From: the human T2T-CHM13v2.0 reference genome, Homo sapiens
Assembly (NCBI RefSeq): GCF_009914755.1
Contig: NC_060931.1
Reading direction: 5' to 3' (one strand)
DNA: 64,000 nt
This document shows positions 38,463-52,417 of this stretch, one piece after another (position 1 is the stretch's first letter; every line of letters starts with the position of its first letter). Under the pieces are notes generated by a model that did not search any database, had not been told where the DNA came from, and worked only from the letters and a program-made list of their open reading frames with translations. The position numbers were made by a program, and so were the translations under genes.

Positions 38463-41436
38463 GTAGTTGTTCTCTTAAGAATTGGGTAAGATAGGAACAA
38501 AGACAAAGAAAACCAAAAATGTTAACAACCAAAAAACCTGAAGAAGCTAATGAAGTATGATTTTCTAGAAGATTCCTATGAAATTAGTATGGGATTCAGG
38601 GTGTTCAGATGACTCATGGGAACATATACTTTTAACATTTTCATGCACAGAACCATAGCCCAGCCCTTTCTCGAAACAAAGGCTTGTTTGTGTCTGAAAT
38701 TGCCATTGAGATGGAAGGTACCCTTACAATCGGCCATCGGGTGACCAAACACCAAAATGCAACTATCGGAAAAGAAAACCAATTTAAACTGGCACTAGTG
38801 AGAGTGAACATTCTGGAAACCTAGCTCACAAATGGGGTTTGGTAAGAAGGATTGGGGAGTTAGTTAGCTCGAAAGCTCTGGGTAGCCGAAGGTCCTGGGT
38901 GAGGGTAGGTAAGACCAGGGAAGACAGTGTGGCCCTGCAGGCAGTGGGCTTGGCATTTGCCCCAGTGCTGATGAAGGTGGTCTCACAGCCACAGAGGTGG
39001 GCAGTGGGGCACATCTGGTTGCATCCACCAGCCCCTGCTCAGACATCTCTGAATCACACCGAGTGTCTGTGGGCGGCTATTACCAAGTGCTAATGCTCTC
39101 TCCTGACATCAGCTCCCACTGGGAGGTCTGATAAATGGGCCACATCACCTTCGTTCCCCTCCTTCCTCCTCCTCCTCATCCAAGGCTGCTAAAAACTGTA
39201 ATGCTTCTCAGGATGTTGCTTGTTATTTCCTTTATCTGTCTTGGTCCCTAGCAGTTTATTTTCTTTTGTTAGAGCCTCTTGATTTTTCAAAGCACACCAG
39301 CCAAATGCCTTGAGATACTGTAAGCCACTGATTTTGCATCGGCATGGCTTTGCTCCCAGCCTGTTAGCTACAGTTGCTAGGCTGGCTTCTGCCGCATGTC
39401 ACAAAGAACTCTGCTAAAGCCTCGGTAAACACTGTTAAGCCCTAAACGGATGATGATAGTGAAATCGGCTCTAAGCTGTGGGCTAATGGAATGATATATT
39501 CATTGTGCTGTGTAAGAACAAGGACAAAGAACTGGACACGCGCCAGATTTCATAAGCAAGTTATGCAAAAACCGCGCGAGGTAACAAATGGCTTTGTGTT
39601 TCCTAGAAGCTGTCTGCCTTAGCGGAGCAGGGCTTAGTGGGTGCTGCCTTGTCTGCGAACCTCTACAGGCAGACACGAAGTTGTAGTATAGCTGTCTTGG
39701 CTTGCTCCTTTTGGCAGCTTCCGACATCTGCCTCTGGCATTTGGAGGTTGTTGAAATCCTTGTGCAGCACAGAGGGAAGTTGTTTGGAAGTGGGTGACCT
39801 GGAACTGAAGCTACATGTCAGGGGTTTCTAAGTTATCCCAGTAGGTCTGGCATCCCAAGGAGCACCTCAGTTTAAGGAGGATCACAGGCCCTGCTGTCCC
39901 TCTTCAATACAGGAGCATGGGCTGAACTTAAAATTTCTTAAAATACTGGTGATAAAAAACCAAACAACAGTATTTCAATCAGATGCAAATAGGAAAACTT
40001 TGTCTTATTCTCCCAAATGAGCATGGTGGGCATTTTAGAATGTGCTGAGGATATGCACTGAAGAATAATCCAAAATGAGCAGAATTTACAGGCAGGAAAG
40101 ACTTAGATCATTATATTTTGTTCACTGAAAGAGTGGCAAATTACTATTATTCGTAAGTTTAATTGATAAGTGACTAACCTGGCCCCTTCCATGGCTTCCA
40201 CAGCCCTTTCTTCAAGACACCCCATTCTGTCTTATTCCATAGTAGTTGCAAGCTCGAGATAAATACAAGAAGCATATTGGAATCCACAGTGAATGTTTTT
40301 CCCAACAGGACACACATGGTGGTGTCTGGACCCACCCATTTCAAAGTGTCTCCTTCGGGCTAAAAATTCCTAGACCAAGTCATCTGGGGAGTCAGTCTCT
40401 TTCCTAACCATAGACATCAGTTGTGGCTGTCTGATATATGATGCGCAGGTGACAGAAGTAGTAGGTAAAATTCCAGAGAACTTGCTATCTTGTGGCAGTG
40501 TGGTTTGAGGGGCACAGTAGGACCTTGACAGATTGAAGATCCCTACAACATTGACCTGTGACTCTATGGTCCTACCTTGCTATCTGCTTGGAGGTGTCCT
40601 CCACGGAGGCCCCTTTTTATGATGCTGTGTTAGAATTCTGTAACTTCTCAGATGTAAAAGGAAGTCTCAAGGAGATCTAGCTGAGGACTGTGAGGTCATC
40701 ATGTGTTGTCTGCCACATTCTCACTAAGTGGCCGCACAGTTTCTGCTTGAGTATGTCCCTGAAGAACTCACTGCTTGCTGAGATAACTCAGTCTACATTT
40801 CCACTTCTCTGGCTCCTTTTTACACTCAGCATACATATTTTCTCCTATGCCTTATACTCAGTGGTCCTAGTTTTAGCCTCTGAGATAATATAGATCAAGC
40901 TAATGGTACCCTTTCTTCTTCTACTTAAGAGGAGTTTTGGCTTTAATTTTGGCTTTAGTCTTTGCTCATTTGGAGACCAAATAAAAATGATTCAGATATA
41001 CTTCTGATCAAAATCAGCACAAGATATATTTAGATCACTGTGATTTCTGTCAAGGAATAGGTAGGTAATGGTGCAGGCAGCTCAGTTTCCTTTATGCCAC
41101 AGACTTTCATGCTGTTAACCCCACAGATTTCTGGGCATTGCTCGGGTGTTTCATGGGTCATCAGTTCTTGATTCCAAATATCTCTGATTCTTAGAACCCC
41201 TGGATTTTATATGTCAGGGAGACAGCAGCTATAGTTCTCTTAGGCCCACAGCTGAGGAAAGGGCTTCCACTGTCCTCTGGCGAGTCAGTAATGCACTCTT
41301 AGAACACAGTCACTATATCCTTATGGAAAATTACTGATCATAAATACTCTCAAATCTGTCTCAAGCTATGGCCCTTGGAGATGAGGATTATAGTCATTTG
41401 AATCTTCTCTTAGCTCCTCAGCACAATTTCTGCAGC

Positions 41437-41504
41437 TATTTCATATGCAGCAAAACTCTTACTGCTGTATTTCACATGCAGCAAAACTCTTACAGCTGTA
41501 TTTC
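41437..41504. repeat. 31-bp x2.2 tandem repeat
   Basis: TATTTCA(T/C)ATGCAGCAAAACTCTTAC(T/A)GCTG repeated. Confidence 0.85.
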
Positions 41505-41861
41505 CTTTCAGCTTGTTCCAGCTTGTCTAGATATTTCCAAAGCATGGCATTTGAAAGCAAACAGACTGATAGTCCAAGTAGGGGGCTGACAAGTTTTCTT
41601 TCACGGGCATATTGTTGCCAACAAACATATTAACTTATGATATTACCCTTTTGCAAGGCACCGAGCAGCTGATCCAAAGGAGGTGAGATATAAATCCTGA
41701 AAGTTCACACCAGGAAACTCCAATGTGAGAAATGACCATGATATGAACACTGGTGGGAGCCAAATGGGTATTAAAAAGCTCAGCACAGGTGCTACCAATG
41801 GGAGGAATGGAAATTCATGTTCGTGAATCACCAATACGTGCCACGCACTGTTCTCGCTCCC

Positions 41862-42290
41862 TGATATAGTTTGGATGTTTTTCCCCTTCCAAATCTCATG
41901 TGGAATTTTGACCCACACTGTTGAAGGTGGGGCCTGATGGAAGGTGTTTGGGTGGTAGGGGATGATCCTTTAAGAATGGCTTTGTGCCATCCTCCTGGCA
42001 ATGAGTGAGTACTCACTCTATTAGTTTCTGTAAGAGCTGGTTGGTTGTTAAAAAGGCTGACCCCTCTCCCTTTTCTCTCTTGCTTCCTCCCTTGCCATGT
42101 CATCTCTGCACATGCCAGCTCTACTTTGCCTCCATCATGAGTGGAAGCAGCCTGAGGCCCTCATCAGAAGCTGACGTTGGTGCCATGCTTCTTGTGCAGC
42201 CTACAGAACTATGAGCCAAATAAACCTCTTTTCTTTATAAATTACCCAGGCTTAAGTATTCCTTTATAGCAACGTAAATAGATTAAGACA
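41862..42290 (+). mobile_element. MSTB-type solo LTR inserted in a MIR
   Basis: TGATATAGTTTGGATGTTT..AAATAAACCTCTTTTCTTTATAAATTACCCAG..TAAGACA; TSD CTCCC. MIR core continues at ~42340-42420. Confidence 0.9.
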
Positions 42291-43115
42291 CTCCCCTTAT
42301 ATTGTTAGTTCACATACTCCATCACAGTGTGAATGAAGTATAGCTGTCTCCACCTTACAAAGGACAAAGTGAGGTTCAGAGAAGGTAATTAACTTTCTCA
42401 AGTTTACAGCCCAGATTTACAGTCTGTTAGGCATTGTTTTGAAAGTCTGCATGAACACTTACAGTACACTAAGTGTACAGTACACTAAGTTACTTTTGGT
42501 TGCTGGATTGTTCAACTGTGTTCTGTGAAATGGGGTGGCTCAACACTGGGCTGCTTGGGAGCAGTTGAGATTTCTCAGCAACTTTTGTGTCCCCGGATTC
42601 TACACCATTCCAGAGTCATCCTCTCATTAATGTTTTTAGAAATCTATCTTGAGATGCTTCTCTTGTAGAGTAAGCAGTCCAGATTCTTTTCCCAAACTAA
42701 GAAGGATTGTTTGAGGGCCTCCAGCTTTCCAAGTCTGTTTGATTGTTCTACTGCACTTTCCTTCTCCACTCTGCAACTCTGCTCCTGTGACTGTTAAATT
42801 CCCTCCACTTGAATGCAACTAAAAAGTTTATCGCAATGCCTTCCCCCACCTTTCTTTCTGGACAAAATATCACCAAGAGAAGGCACTGTGTAGAGAAGAT
42901 TTTGCTGAAGGTAGGGGAATAATGGAAGTGGTGGAGGAATGTTACATGGCATGATAGCCAACAATACACAATTTAATATTGGCTAGCACCAATATGAGAT
43001 GCCTGCTACGGAATTTCTACCAGGAAAATCCCGGTGGGATTTCCCTCAAGCCTCATCACCAGTTTTCCACTAGAGGGAAATCCTCTTCCTCTTCATAATC
43101 CTTTTGAGCACATGT

Positions 43116-43149
43116 GCACACACACACATACACACACACACACACACAC
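43116..43149. repeat. (CA)n microsatellite
   Basis: CA run with one interruption. Confidence 0.9.
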
Positions 43150-46119
43150 CTCCTTCAGAAATAAGATTTACAAAGAAAAAAATAAAGTACAACTGTTATA
43201 TCAGAGTGGTACAATTATGGATTTCTGTCATTATTTTAGATTATCCATGTTGCATAATTCTTCTCTAATGAATATTATTTCTTTCATTGTAAGGAAAAGA
43301 AGAAAAAAGGAAGGATTATTTTCAGTTTAAAGGGAAATAATGTAAGAGTTCTTGTTTCAAGGGAACTGGGCCAGAATAATGTTTCTTACCTAGTTGTTCA
43401 TCGTTGGCTCTTCTGACCTCAAAGGATTCCACGTTTCAATCTTCTTTCTTTTAATGTTTGAGGAGAGCAACTTAGTAGGGGTTCTGATGAAAGAATTTGA
43501 AAAATGGACTTTTTATACATGAAGCCTTACCTACTCCTAGAACAGAATCGTGACTGTTCGGCTAGTAATTGCTCTTGACTTCAGGGAAGAAGAGACTTCC
43601 TCACTCAGGAAGATGAAGGGCTCACCAATTGTAAAACCAGTTTCAACAACTGATTGGTGTTTAGAACTGTTAGTTCTTACTCCTTCTCTGTAACCTAACT
43701 CCTATGAGGGTTCATGGCCCCCTGGTCATATGTTCGAAGATGACAGCAATGGCTGGCTGCTGTTTGGCTTTTAAGATCTTATGCACCAGTTGCGTCCTTC
43801 TGGCTGCTCAGCTTGGATTCTGAGCCAGGCCAAAGCATCCTGGACTGGCAGGTGAGGTCCAGAATGTCCCGCAGGAGGCTTCTCAGGCTCCTTTGCAGCA
43901 ATTGGCCCCAGATTTTCTTAAATGTTTCCTGTGGGTTTTATTTCCTGGGTGCATTTGATGCTTGGTTCTCTCTTCTCTTTTTGAGCCTGTTCCTGCCCTT
44001 TTTATATGGCATGTGTGTTTAGTCTCTTTATCTCCAGACTTGGGTGCCAACACCATTCCAGAGTCATCCTCGCATTAATGTTTTTAGAAACATAACTTGA
44101 GATGCTTCTCTGTAGAATAAGGAGCCCAGATTGTTTCTCCAAACCACTAATGATGTGTCAAAGGCCTCCCAGTTTTCCTAGTCCGGAAAGATATTAAAGG
44201 GGCATAGAGACTGGGATTCAACTTTGACTTAATTACCACATAACTGGTTAGTTGTAACCACTCAGAACCTCAATATCCTCATATTTAAAATGGTTTCATG
44301 GCTACTATGAAGAGTGCACGGTATATTGATTATACACATACAATAAAAATAGATACTATTTTTATCATTCAATCAGATTTCCCTCAAGAGCTGTGATGTG
44401 AAATTGAGCTGTCAGATTTTTCTACTCTGGAGTAAATTTGATGGTTAACCTTGGCCTGCGGTGTTATTGGAGACATACTCTTGAACCCTGTCTGTTGGCT
44501 TCTGCCTCTAACAGCATATGCAGGCCTCATAATGGGGTGCTTGGTATCAAGCTGTTTATTATTCTTTCCAAGCTGACCATAGGGTGCTGAGAACACACAA
44601 GGAAATATTGAAGCCTAGCCCACTGGGGTCTCATAATAAAAGGATTTTTTACCTCTTTCCTTTGCAAGATTAAATTTAATAAAAAATACCATTGATTTTT
44701 TGTGAAGAAATAAAAAAAAATTTTTAATTATTATAAAACAAAAAATATAGCTCCCACATTTTTCAGCCAGTGAATTACCTTCCCATAGGCAAAGCCACAT
44801 GGAAAGTCTTATCCTAGTCAGAAAGAATCATGGTGATAATTGATTTCTTAATGCACTGGCCCAGGCATTAGTTAATTTTATCAGAAAGTCATTACAAGAA
44901 AATATCTTCTTTATGAAATGAGGCTGGTTTTTATACAGTGCTTTTTATTGCTCGCCTCTTCTTAATCATGCTAAGAAAGCCTTCGAACATTTTCTTATTC
45001 AAATATGAATTGTAATACATGGACCATATACAGTATGGTAATATGCAGACTTTATTTCATAATTTTAATCCTTTCACTGGTAGCAGCAGCATTTTAAAAC
45101 TTTGATCAAAGTAGCTTTGAATCTCTCCTGGGAAAGCATACTGAAAATTAAGAATAAAATTGCCTGCAGGGGTTAAAGGAGATCACAAGACTGCATGTAT
45201 TTCCAAGGAAACTGTGAAAAATAGTTGAATTCAAGTATCTGTATTTCTACAACTGGGAAGAGTTTTGTAGTTTTCTTGATTATTGTTTTCCTTGACACAT
45301 TTCAGGCCACCAATCTCTGGTGCACAAAATAAAACAACAGAAAAGTAAAAGTGTATTGGCTCAGACAGTTTTCTTACATTGACTGAGTCTGATTCTATTC
45401 ATTGAATGATTAACAAATTGTTGAATATTGGACTAGGAAAGAGTCTTAGCTATCCTTTAGGAGCCCCTGCCCCATGTCCTAAGTCAACACACACATCTTG
45501 TTTACAGATGAGAGCATGAGAATGCTGGGGCTGAGGAATGAAGAGGCCTTCCAATTCATACAACCGCTGACCCACTGCGTGCTGATCCACGTGTGTCTGT
45601 GCTGATGGTGCATGTCATCCCTAGGTCTTGGCCCAACTCTTCCATGTATTTAAAAACATCTTGGGTTAAAATGAGATTACTTGCCTGCAGATACTTGTAA
45701 CAAAGGATTGTGTGCCGGTTGTAGGGTTCCTCAATAACCTGTTTGATTGACAACAGCGTTATTTTCTGCATGTGATAGGAACATGAAAATAAAGGACTCA
45801 TAGATATTTCTGGATGCCTGCAGGCAGCAAGAGCATTGCTTTCATCAATGTTCTCCTGAGTGCCCTCAGACGTTACTCAGAACCATTGATCCTGAGCTTG
45901 CTGACCCTCTCACCTTCTCTGGCCACATAGATGGCCTCCTTCCATGGTACTGTTGCAGCTGGGGCTCAGCATGGCTCAGAAGAAGTTTTCAGAAAGACAT
46001 GCCTGATCCGAGGTGCTGTTGGGACCTCAGGGGTATCCCCTCTGAAGATGGAAAAACACCAGAGAAGAACAGGAACCTGAGTGCTTGTTTCAAAGTCATC
46101 ATCAGAATGTGTGAAACTT

Positions 46120-46580
46120 GATTCATTTGTTCATTGTTCTCTCCTTCATCCAATATGATTGATGCCCCACATGCCAGCCACTGGATGAAGGCCTCAGAGC
46201 TCAGTCAACAAGAGAGACATGATCTGTTTTCCCCCCACATTGGCCATAGGCAGGGCTGGGTGGGTTAAGATAGACAGCAAACCAGTGATTATTGGTCTAA
46301 CAGGCAGGATCAATGGGAAATTCAATGTCCTCTGGGAATATTAGAAAGGGATGTCAAACCTGAGAGTATGACAATGCCACTCTAAAACCTGGAGGTGAGT
46401 GGGGATTAGCAAGAGCAAGAGTAAACACCAGTGGGGCAGACACTGCCTGTGAAACGGCTCTGATGGTGAGGTGGATTCAAGGAGCTCCAAAACCCCTATG
46501 TGGCAGGAGTGTCCGGAGCAGAGGGAGGAGGCACGTGGTCCGTCAACAGAGGCAGGCAGTTTGAATTGGATCACCAGCCC
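46120..46580 (-). mobile_element. L2 3' remnant
   Basis: ATTCATTTGTTCATT tail-like repeat followed by degenerate L2 motifs. Confidence 0.5.
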
Positions 46581-46849
46581 AACCTTTCATGCTACAACAT
46601 AATGTTGTTTATTATTGCCAGTACCGCATGAACACCTTCAGAATCACTTAAAGTCTTATTGGAAAGGCAAAAGACTCATGTATGAAACAGAGAGGCACAA
46701 TGAAAATGACATAAGGTGGCCAAATGCTTAGCAGGAACAAAGAAAGTTCTACTGAGAAATCAGGGCAGAGAGGAGAGAAATCCACGGGATGGGTCCACAG
46801 TGAAATGAGTTTTAAGATCACATATTAGTTAGGATTGTGTATATTGACA

Positions 46850-47055
46850 TATTTTGTGACTTTCCAGGTGTTTTACAGTCTGGTTCAGGCCCCGCAACAA
46901 CCTAGTGACTAGGTATTGGTATTTCATATTATCTGCATTTTACCAAATGCAGGAGACTGGGACTCAAAAATTAAGAAATGAGTAAACAGAATGATTGGAA
47001 GAGAAGGGATTTGAATCTAAATCTGCCTCACTGGGGGCCTTTGCTCTTAACCAAG
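46850..47055 (-). mobile_element. MIR
   Basis: CAACAACCTAGTGACTAGGTATT..ATTTTACCAAATGCAGGAGACTGGGACTCA..GGGATTTGAATCTA..GCTCTTAACCA. Confidence 0.6.
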
Positions 47056-48554
47056 AGATCACACACCCACAAGGAACCGAGGCTAAAAAGGCAGTCATTG
47101 CTTTCTAGCCCCACCAGTTTTCAGCTCTGAAGAGCAATTGTGACCTTTCCCTGAAGCTGCCATGCCCGCATGGGGGGTTCCCTTGAGGGTGAGGGAGACA
47201 TTTTATTCAGGATGGGCTGTGCCTCTCTCAAAGGTTACATATAGTGAGTTCTTGATCGTCACACTTACATACGTTTTATGCCATCTGATGGAAAGTTGTG
47301 CCTATGTGTGTAGTTTTACAGACTTGGTAAAAAGCAGTGAGTTTATTTGATATGTTAATTCGTTGCAAGCAGACAAGCTAAAGAAAAATAATTGTTAAAT
47401 ATCAGATTTCTCACTGGACTTGTATCTCTTTCACTGATTTTTTTAATTTTTTTTTATTTTGAGGGGAGGGAGAGCTGATTTTAAAAGAGGCAACCATCGA
47501 GGTCCAGGTGGAGGAAGGCACAGAAACTGAACCTGTCATTTATTAGTTACTGTCCCCAGGTAAAGCACTTTACGGTTGCTAGAACTTGACAGATGTCTTT
47601 ATCCTCCAACTTATTACTTTCAAAATGTTAATCATTGGTATCAATCTCTAGATCTGCAAACAATTGCATAGAAATGCAGGTTTACATCTTAATTACCTGA
47701 CTTGGTTTGGGATTTAGGTCAGAGAACTCAGCATATTTGTAAGGCGTGCCCCTCACGGGAGCTGGAACTTATAAAATTGTAAGCTTTAAGCTGGCCCCTT
47801 TTGGATGCTTTGTGAGTACCAACGATTTTCAAAGGTAGTGAGGCATTTCACATAAATATTATTTTAAAGTCAAATTTAGAAACCTGACTAAATGTAACAT
47901 TTGTCTTCAGTGTTTTATAGATTTCCATTGATTTGCAGCCATTCCCCCTAAGTCATGGAATGATAATATTCATCATCCTGTGGAGTGGTATATCTGGTAT
48001 AATATTTATAACTACACACACTTGAATATCCCTTAGGTGTATTACTTTATGTAACTTTATATGATACATAAAAGTAATTTACATATTTCATATGCATCAT
48101 TTCATAGATTCTAAAGGTTAGTCAAGGGAGACTTGGGGTAAGTGCCTGTTCAAGGCCCTCCACCTGGTCTCTCTGGCCTTGGGGCTCAGCCGAAGTCAGG
48201 GTCCCCTGTGACTGCTCCCACTGGGTTAGCACAGCCTCCAGACTCTGGGTCCCATGTAAGGCCATGTAGCCTGACTCCAACCTGGCAAGCTTAGCAATAG
48301 AGAATGCATCTTTTAGGTCATGTGTTATATTAATTTTATAAAAGCTTGAATTTTAGAATAAAAAATAGGCAGAAAACTTGGAATCAGTACAAGGAACTAT
48401 CAGAAAGCTTATAGTATACTGAGGATTAAAATGAGAAAAAAAGGAAGAAAATTTGGCCATGACAGTAAAACAGGGGTGGGGGAGGCTTTAAACTTGCTTA
48501 ATGACCAGAAAGGACAGAAATTAAAAGAAGAGAGTGGAGGCTGGTTTCCAGGGA

Positions 48555-48836
48555 ACAAACCATATAATAAGATGATTGGAACAGTCAGTCTTGCCCTCTA
48601 CCTTCAGGGAGGGGAGAGGGGCTGGAGATGGACATAGTCACCAGTGGCCATGGATTTCATCAATCGTGCCTATGCCATGCAGCCTTCACAAAATCCCTTA
48701 ACCACGGGGTTTGGAGAGCTTCTGGCTGGTGAACAAGAATGCATCTTTGAGCCAGGAGGGTGGCGAACAAGAATGCATCTTTGAGCCAGGAGGGTGGCAC
48801 ACCCGAAACTCCACAAGGACAGAAGCTCCTGTGTTC
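48555..48836 (+). mobile_element. MER21-family LTR fragment with an internal perfect 34-bp duplication
   Basis: GGGAGGGGAGAGGGGCTGGAGAT..CCAGTGGCCATGGATTTCATCAATCGTGCCTA..GGAGAGCTTCTGGCTGGTGAAC..GGAGGGTGGCACACCC. Confidence 0.75.
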
Positions 48837-50484
48837 TGCGTTTATCTGAAGAGAATGCTTTTTGAACAAGGCTAAGGTTATGGTGCAGGAGCATCCAAGC
48901 AGCTCCTTCCATGGAAGAAGGGAGGTCTAAGTATGGTGCCAGGACCTGGCTTTGCTGATTGCGGAGCTGGGCTGTCTGTTGTAACTGATGTTTCCAGACG
49001 AACATGTGATTTTATGGGCCACTGTTGTCTCACATAAGGACTCTTTGAAGATCAAATCGAACTGAGCCAAAGGATGTAAATTTTGGCACCGCTGAAGTTA
49101 TTGTCTACATGGAAAACCCAATAGTATCTAATATTACAAAATCTCTCTGCTGACAAGCCTAAATACATCCTATGCAGAAGAATGTTTTTTGAGCATGCCA
49201 TGATAAAAGGCCACAAACATTCAAGGTGATTTTGATTCATGCTACATTTTGCCATTTTACTTAAGTAGTATCTTCCTGCCGCAACAGTTTATCTTCCTGT
49301 GCTAGGGAAACAAGTTTCATAAAAAATATAACTACAAAGCATAAATAGGAACATCCTACCCTGACATGGAAACTCTCTTTTAGAGAAGGGAATTTTTGTT
49401 TTGTTTTCAAATATTGAGTTATATTGTAAGAAGGCAACACTTGATCTACTTTCAGTGTGGAAGGGTGTTTGGACATCCAAAGATTTAGGAACCTAAGTGA
49501 ACACACCATTTTCTCCAAACAGTGATTCAAAAGTGCACCTACGTTTTTGGTTGGATTTAAATCTATTCCCAAGAACAATGCCACACATTACACTGGTTTT
49601 CTTAGAAACTAAATGCCCATTGCTCCTAAAAATGAGGACTTCAGGGTCAGATTCCACCTGCTGGGCACCATTCCCATGGCTCCTGCCAAGCGGATGTGGG
49701 CACTGTCCTCTCACTGGTTCAGCCTGAGGACCAGTAGGAAAAGAGAGAAATGGTTTTCCTGATATCTAACAAATACGACTGAGAATGCTTGCAAGAAATT
49801 GAACTTATAATTTATGAAATACTCATGGCAATCAGTCATTTTTTTCTTTGCACTTTTCAGTTATAGAACGTATCTTAAGGCAACTATTAGGCCATTTGAA
49901 ATCACAGGCAGAAAACAGTAAATACAGCCTGTGGCATTTGCAGGGCCTAATGAAGCAGGTGGCAGAGGCAACTGAACTGAGTAAACTGGGGTGCTTAGGG
50001 AGGCTGGTCCCTGAGATCACTCGAAGGATGATCACCAATACACTTGAGCAAGTCAAAGGTTGGATTTCTCACAAAAGTTTTAAAGTACTTTCCAAAGGGA
50101 ATGGCTGGAGTGGGCTCTCAAGCATCAGAGGCAGGTATGTGCTGCGTGCAGGGCTTGCAGGGAACTGTAGAAGGGCCATTTCTCAGAGCCTGGGATCTCC
50201 ACAAGGGTCTCTACAGTGGCAAGGGAGTCCTGCTGGGGGCCTTGGACAAGCAGGGACTGCTAACAGTGGGGGCCTTGAGGTCCTCTGACACGGACGGCGC
50301 AGGGTTCAACCACTTATGCTGAGGAGCAGCCCTGCCCGAATGCTTATGTGTGTGTCAGGCTCCGTGCAAACACACAAGAGTACCTCCTTGGATCCTCACA
50401 AGAACTTTGAGATGCTGATACCATTGTAACCTCATCTTACAAAGGAGAAAACTGAGATGCAGAAGAGTTAAGATATTGGGCAGA

Positions 50485-50795
<311 letters not shown>

Positions 50796-51939
50796 TTAAC
50801 TCTTGCACCCTCCCAGCTCTCTCCACGGAAGGGACGGACTTCTGCAGTGGGGGGCCCAGCTGCCACGGAGTCTGCAAAATGTCCCCATTCCTGTCCTGTA
50901 CAGGCTTTCCTTGTCACTTGCTAAAGCAACCCAAACCCAAAGCCTTTGAGGCTGTTACTGCTGCTGGTGGCTCGGATGTTTCACTTTTCTCCAAGGTCAT
51001 ACATAGCTAATGGATTCCCTCTTATTCTTGCATGAAAGTTTAATATTCTTAGGGTTCAAAAGCCATGGAGAGGCAGGATATTTTGCTCTTTAAGCATTAT
51101 CTATTGATTTCCATGAACCACTATTATATTGGGCGCTTCTGTGGGCAAAGAATGGTGCTAGGACCTGAGCATACAAAAGCAAGACAGACAGTTCTTATTG
51201 ATACAAGGCATAGAAAGGAAAACTGAAAAAAAATTTCAGTACTTACTCTGGCAGTCTAGACAATTCACTTATCTGTATTGATCTTTAATTCCTCATGTCT
51301 TAAATGGGTATAGAAATAGATTTGTGGGATTTGTTTAAAGGATTACTTTTTAAAATATATTTAAAGTCTCCAACACAATGCTGTATGTTGCAATTGTTTC
51401 TTAAATGGCAAACAGCTGACATCTTTCAAATCATATAAATAATAAATTAGGATCCTGAGTCACTGTGAGAGCAACGAGAGGAAAAAAATCCACCCCTGGG
51501 TGGTGTGATATAAGAGTTTCTTAAACACATAGAGCTTACTATTTTAATATTATATAACCTGGTTCTGCCAGCTTGCCCTGGGCTGTGAAATTATAACTTT
51601 ATGTTTCATTGTTATTGCGGTATCATTTCACCCCAGACTCCATCCTGCTTAGGCAGCAATGGGCTTTTATGAGAAGTAGACTAACTCAGAGCAAATACAA
51701 ACAGAGCTTGTGTTCAGCCTCCAAGAAGGCGCAGGATGGGATAGGAGACAGTGATGAAGCATCTCAGAGGAGGCCATCTGACCCAATAGGTGTCAGAAAC
51801 CATCCTTCCAGAAAGCTCTTGAAAAAATTTTGGGGAGAGGATTCCTGTATTTTCTCTTGGATGCTAATGGCATGCAGCACCACTAAGAAAAATTTTATGT
51901 TTTGACTATCTTAGATTTTGGAGTTAATATCAGTTAGGG

Positions 51940-52317
51940 GATTATAATAGTATGCTATAACAAAGTAGCACAAACTGGGTGGTGCAAGCAACAGATATTT
52001 ATTGTCTCTCAGTTCTGGAGGCGAGACGTGGAAGACTGAGTGTGAGTGCGAGTTTGCTCCAGGCTCACCTCCAGCCCCTGCGGCCGCTGGCAGTCTTTGG
52101 CGTTGGTTGGCTTGGGGAGCCGTTGCCCTCACCTCTGCTTCATCTTCACATGTATTCTTCCTGTGTGTGTCTGTGTCCAGATGTCCCCTTTGTATACGTT
52201 CTAGCTCAGTATAACCTCATCTTAACTAAAGATATCTGCAGCAACCCTGTTTCCAAATGAGGGGGTTAGGACTTGACCCTATAATTTTTTTAGAGAGGCA
52301 TATTTCAACCCATAGCA
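51940..52317 (-). mobile_element. MLT1B/C MaLR LTR (internally deleted)
   Basis: GCTATAACAAAGTAGCACAAACTGGGTGG..ATTTATTGTCTCTCAGTTCTGGAGG..CCCTGTTTCCAAAT..TTCAACCCATAGCA. Confidence 0.82.
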
Positions 52318-52417
52318 ACTAATTCCATTGGGAGTTAAACTGTATTAAGACCACTAAAATCTTCTGGAGACAGACAGCCCCACTCTACCTCAATGTGCTT
52401 GCCCCCTGGTCTAGAAT

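Noticed and set aside
39449-39540. GATGATGA C-box-like motif
   Set aside because: No D box (CTGA) at a suitable distance.
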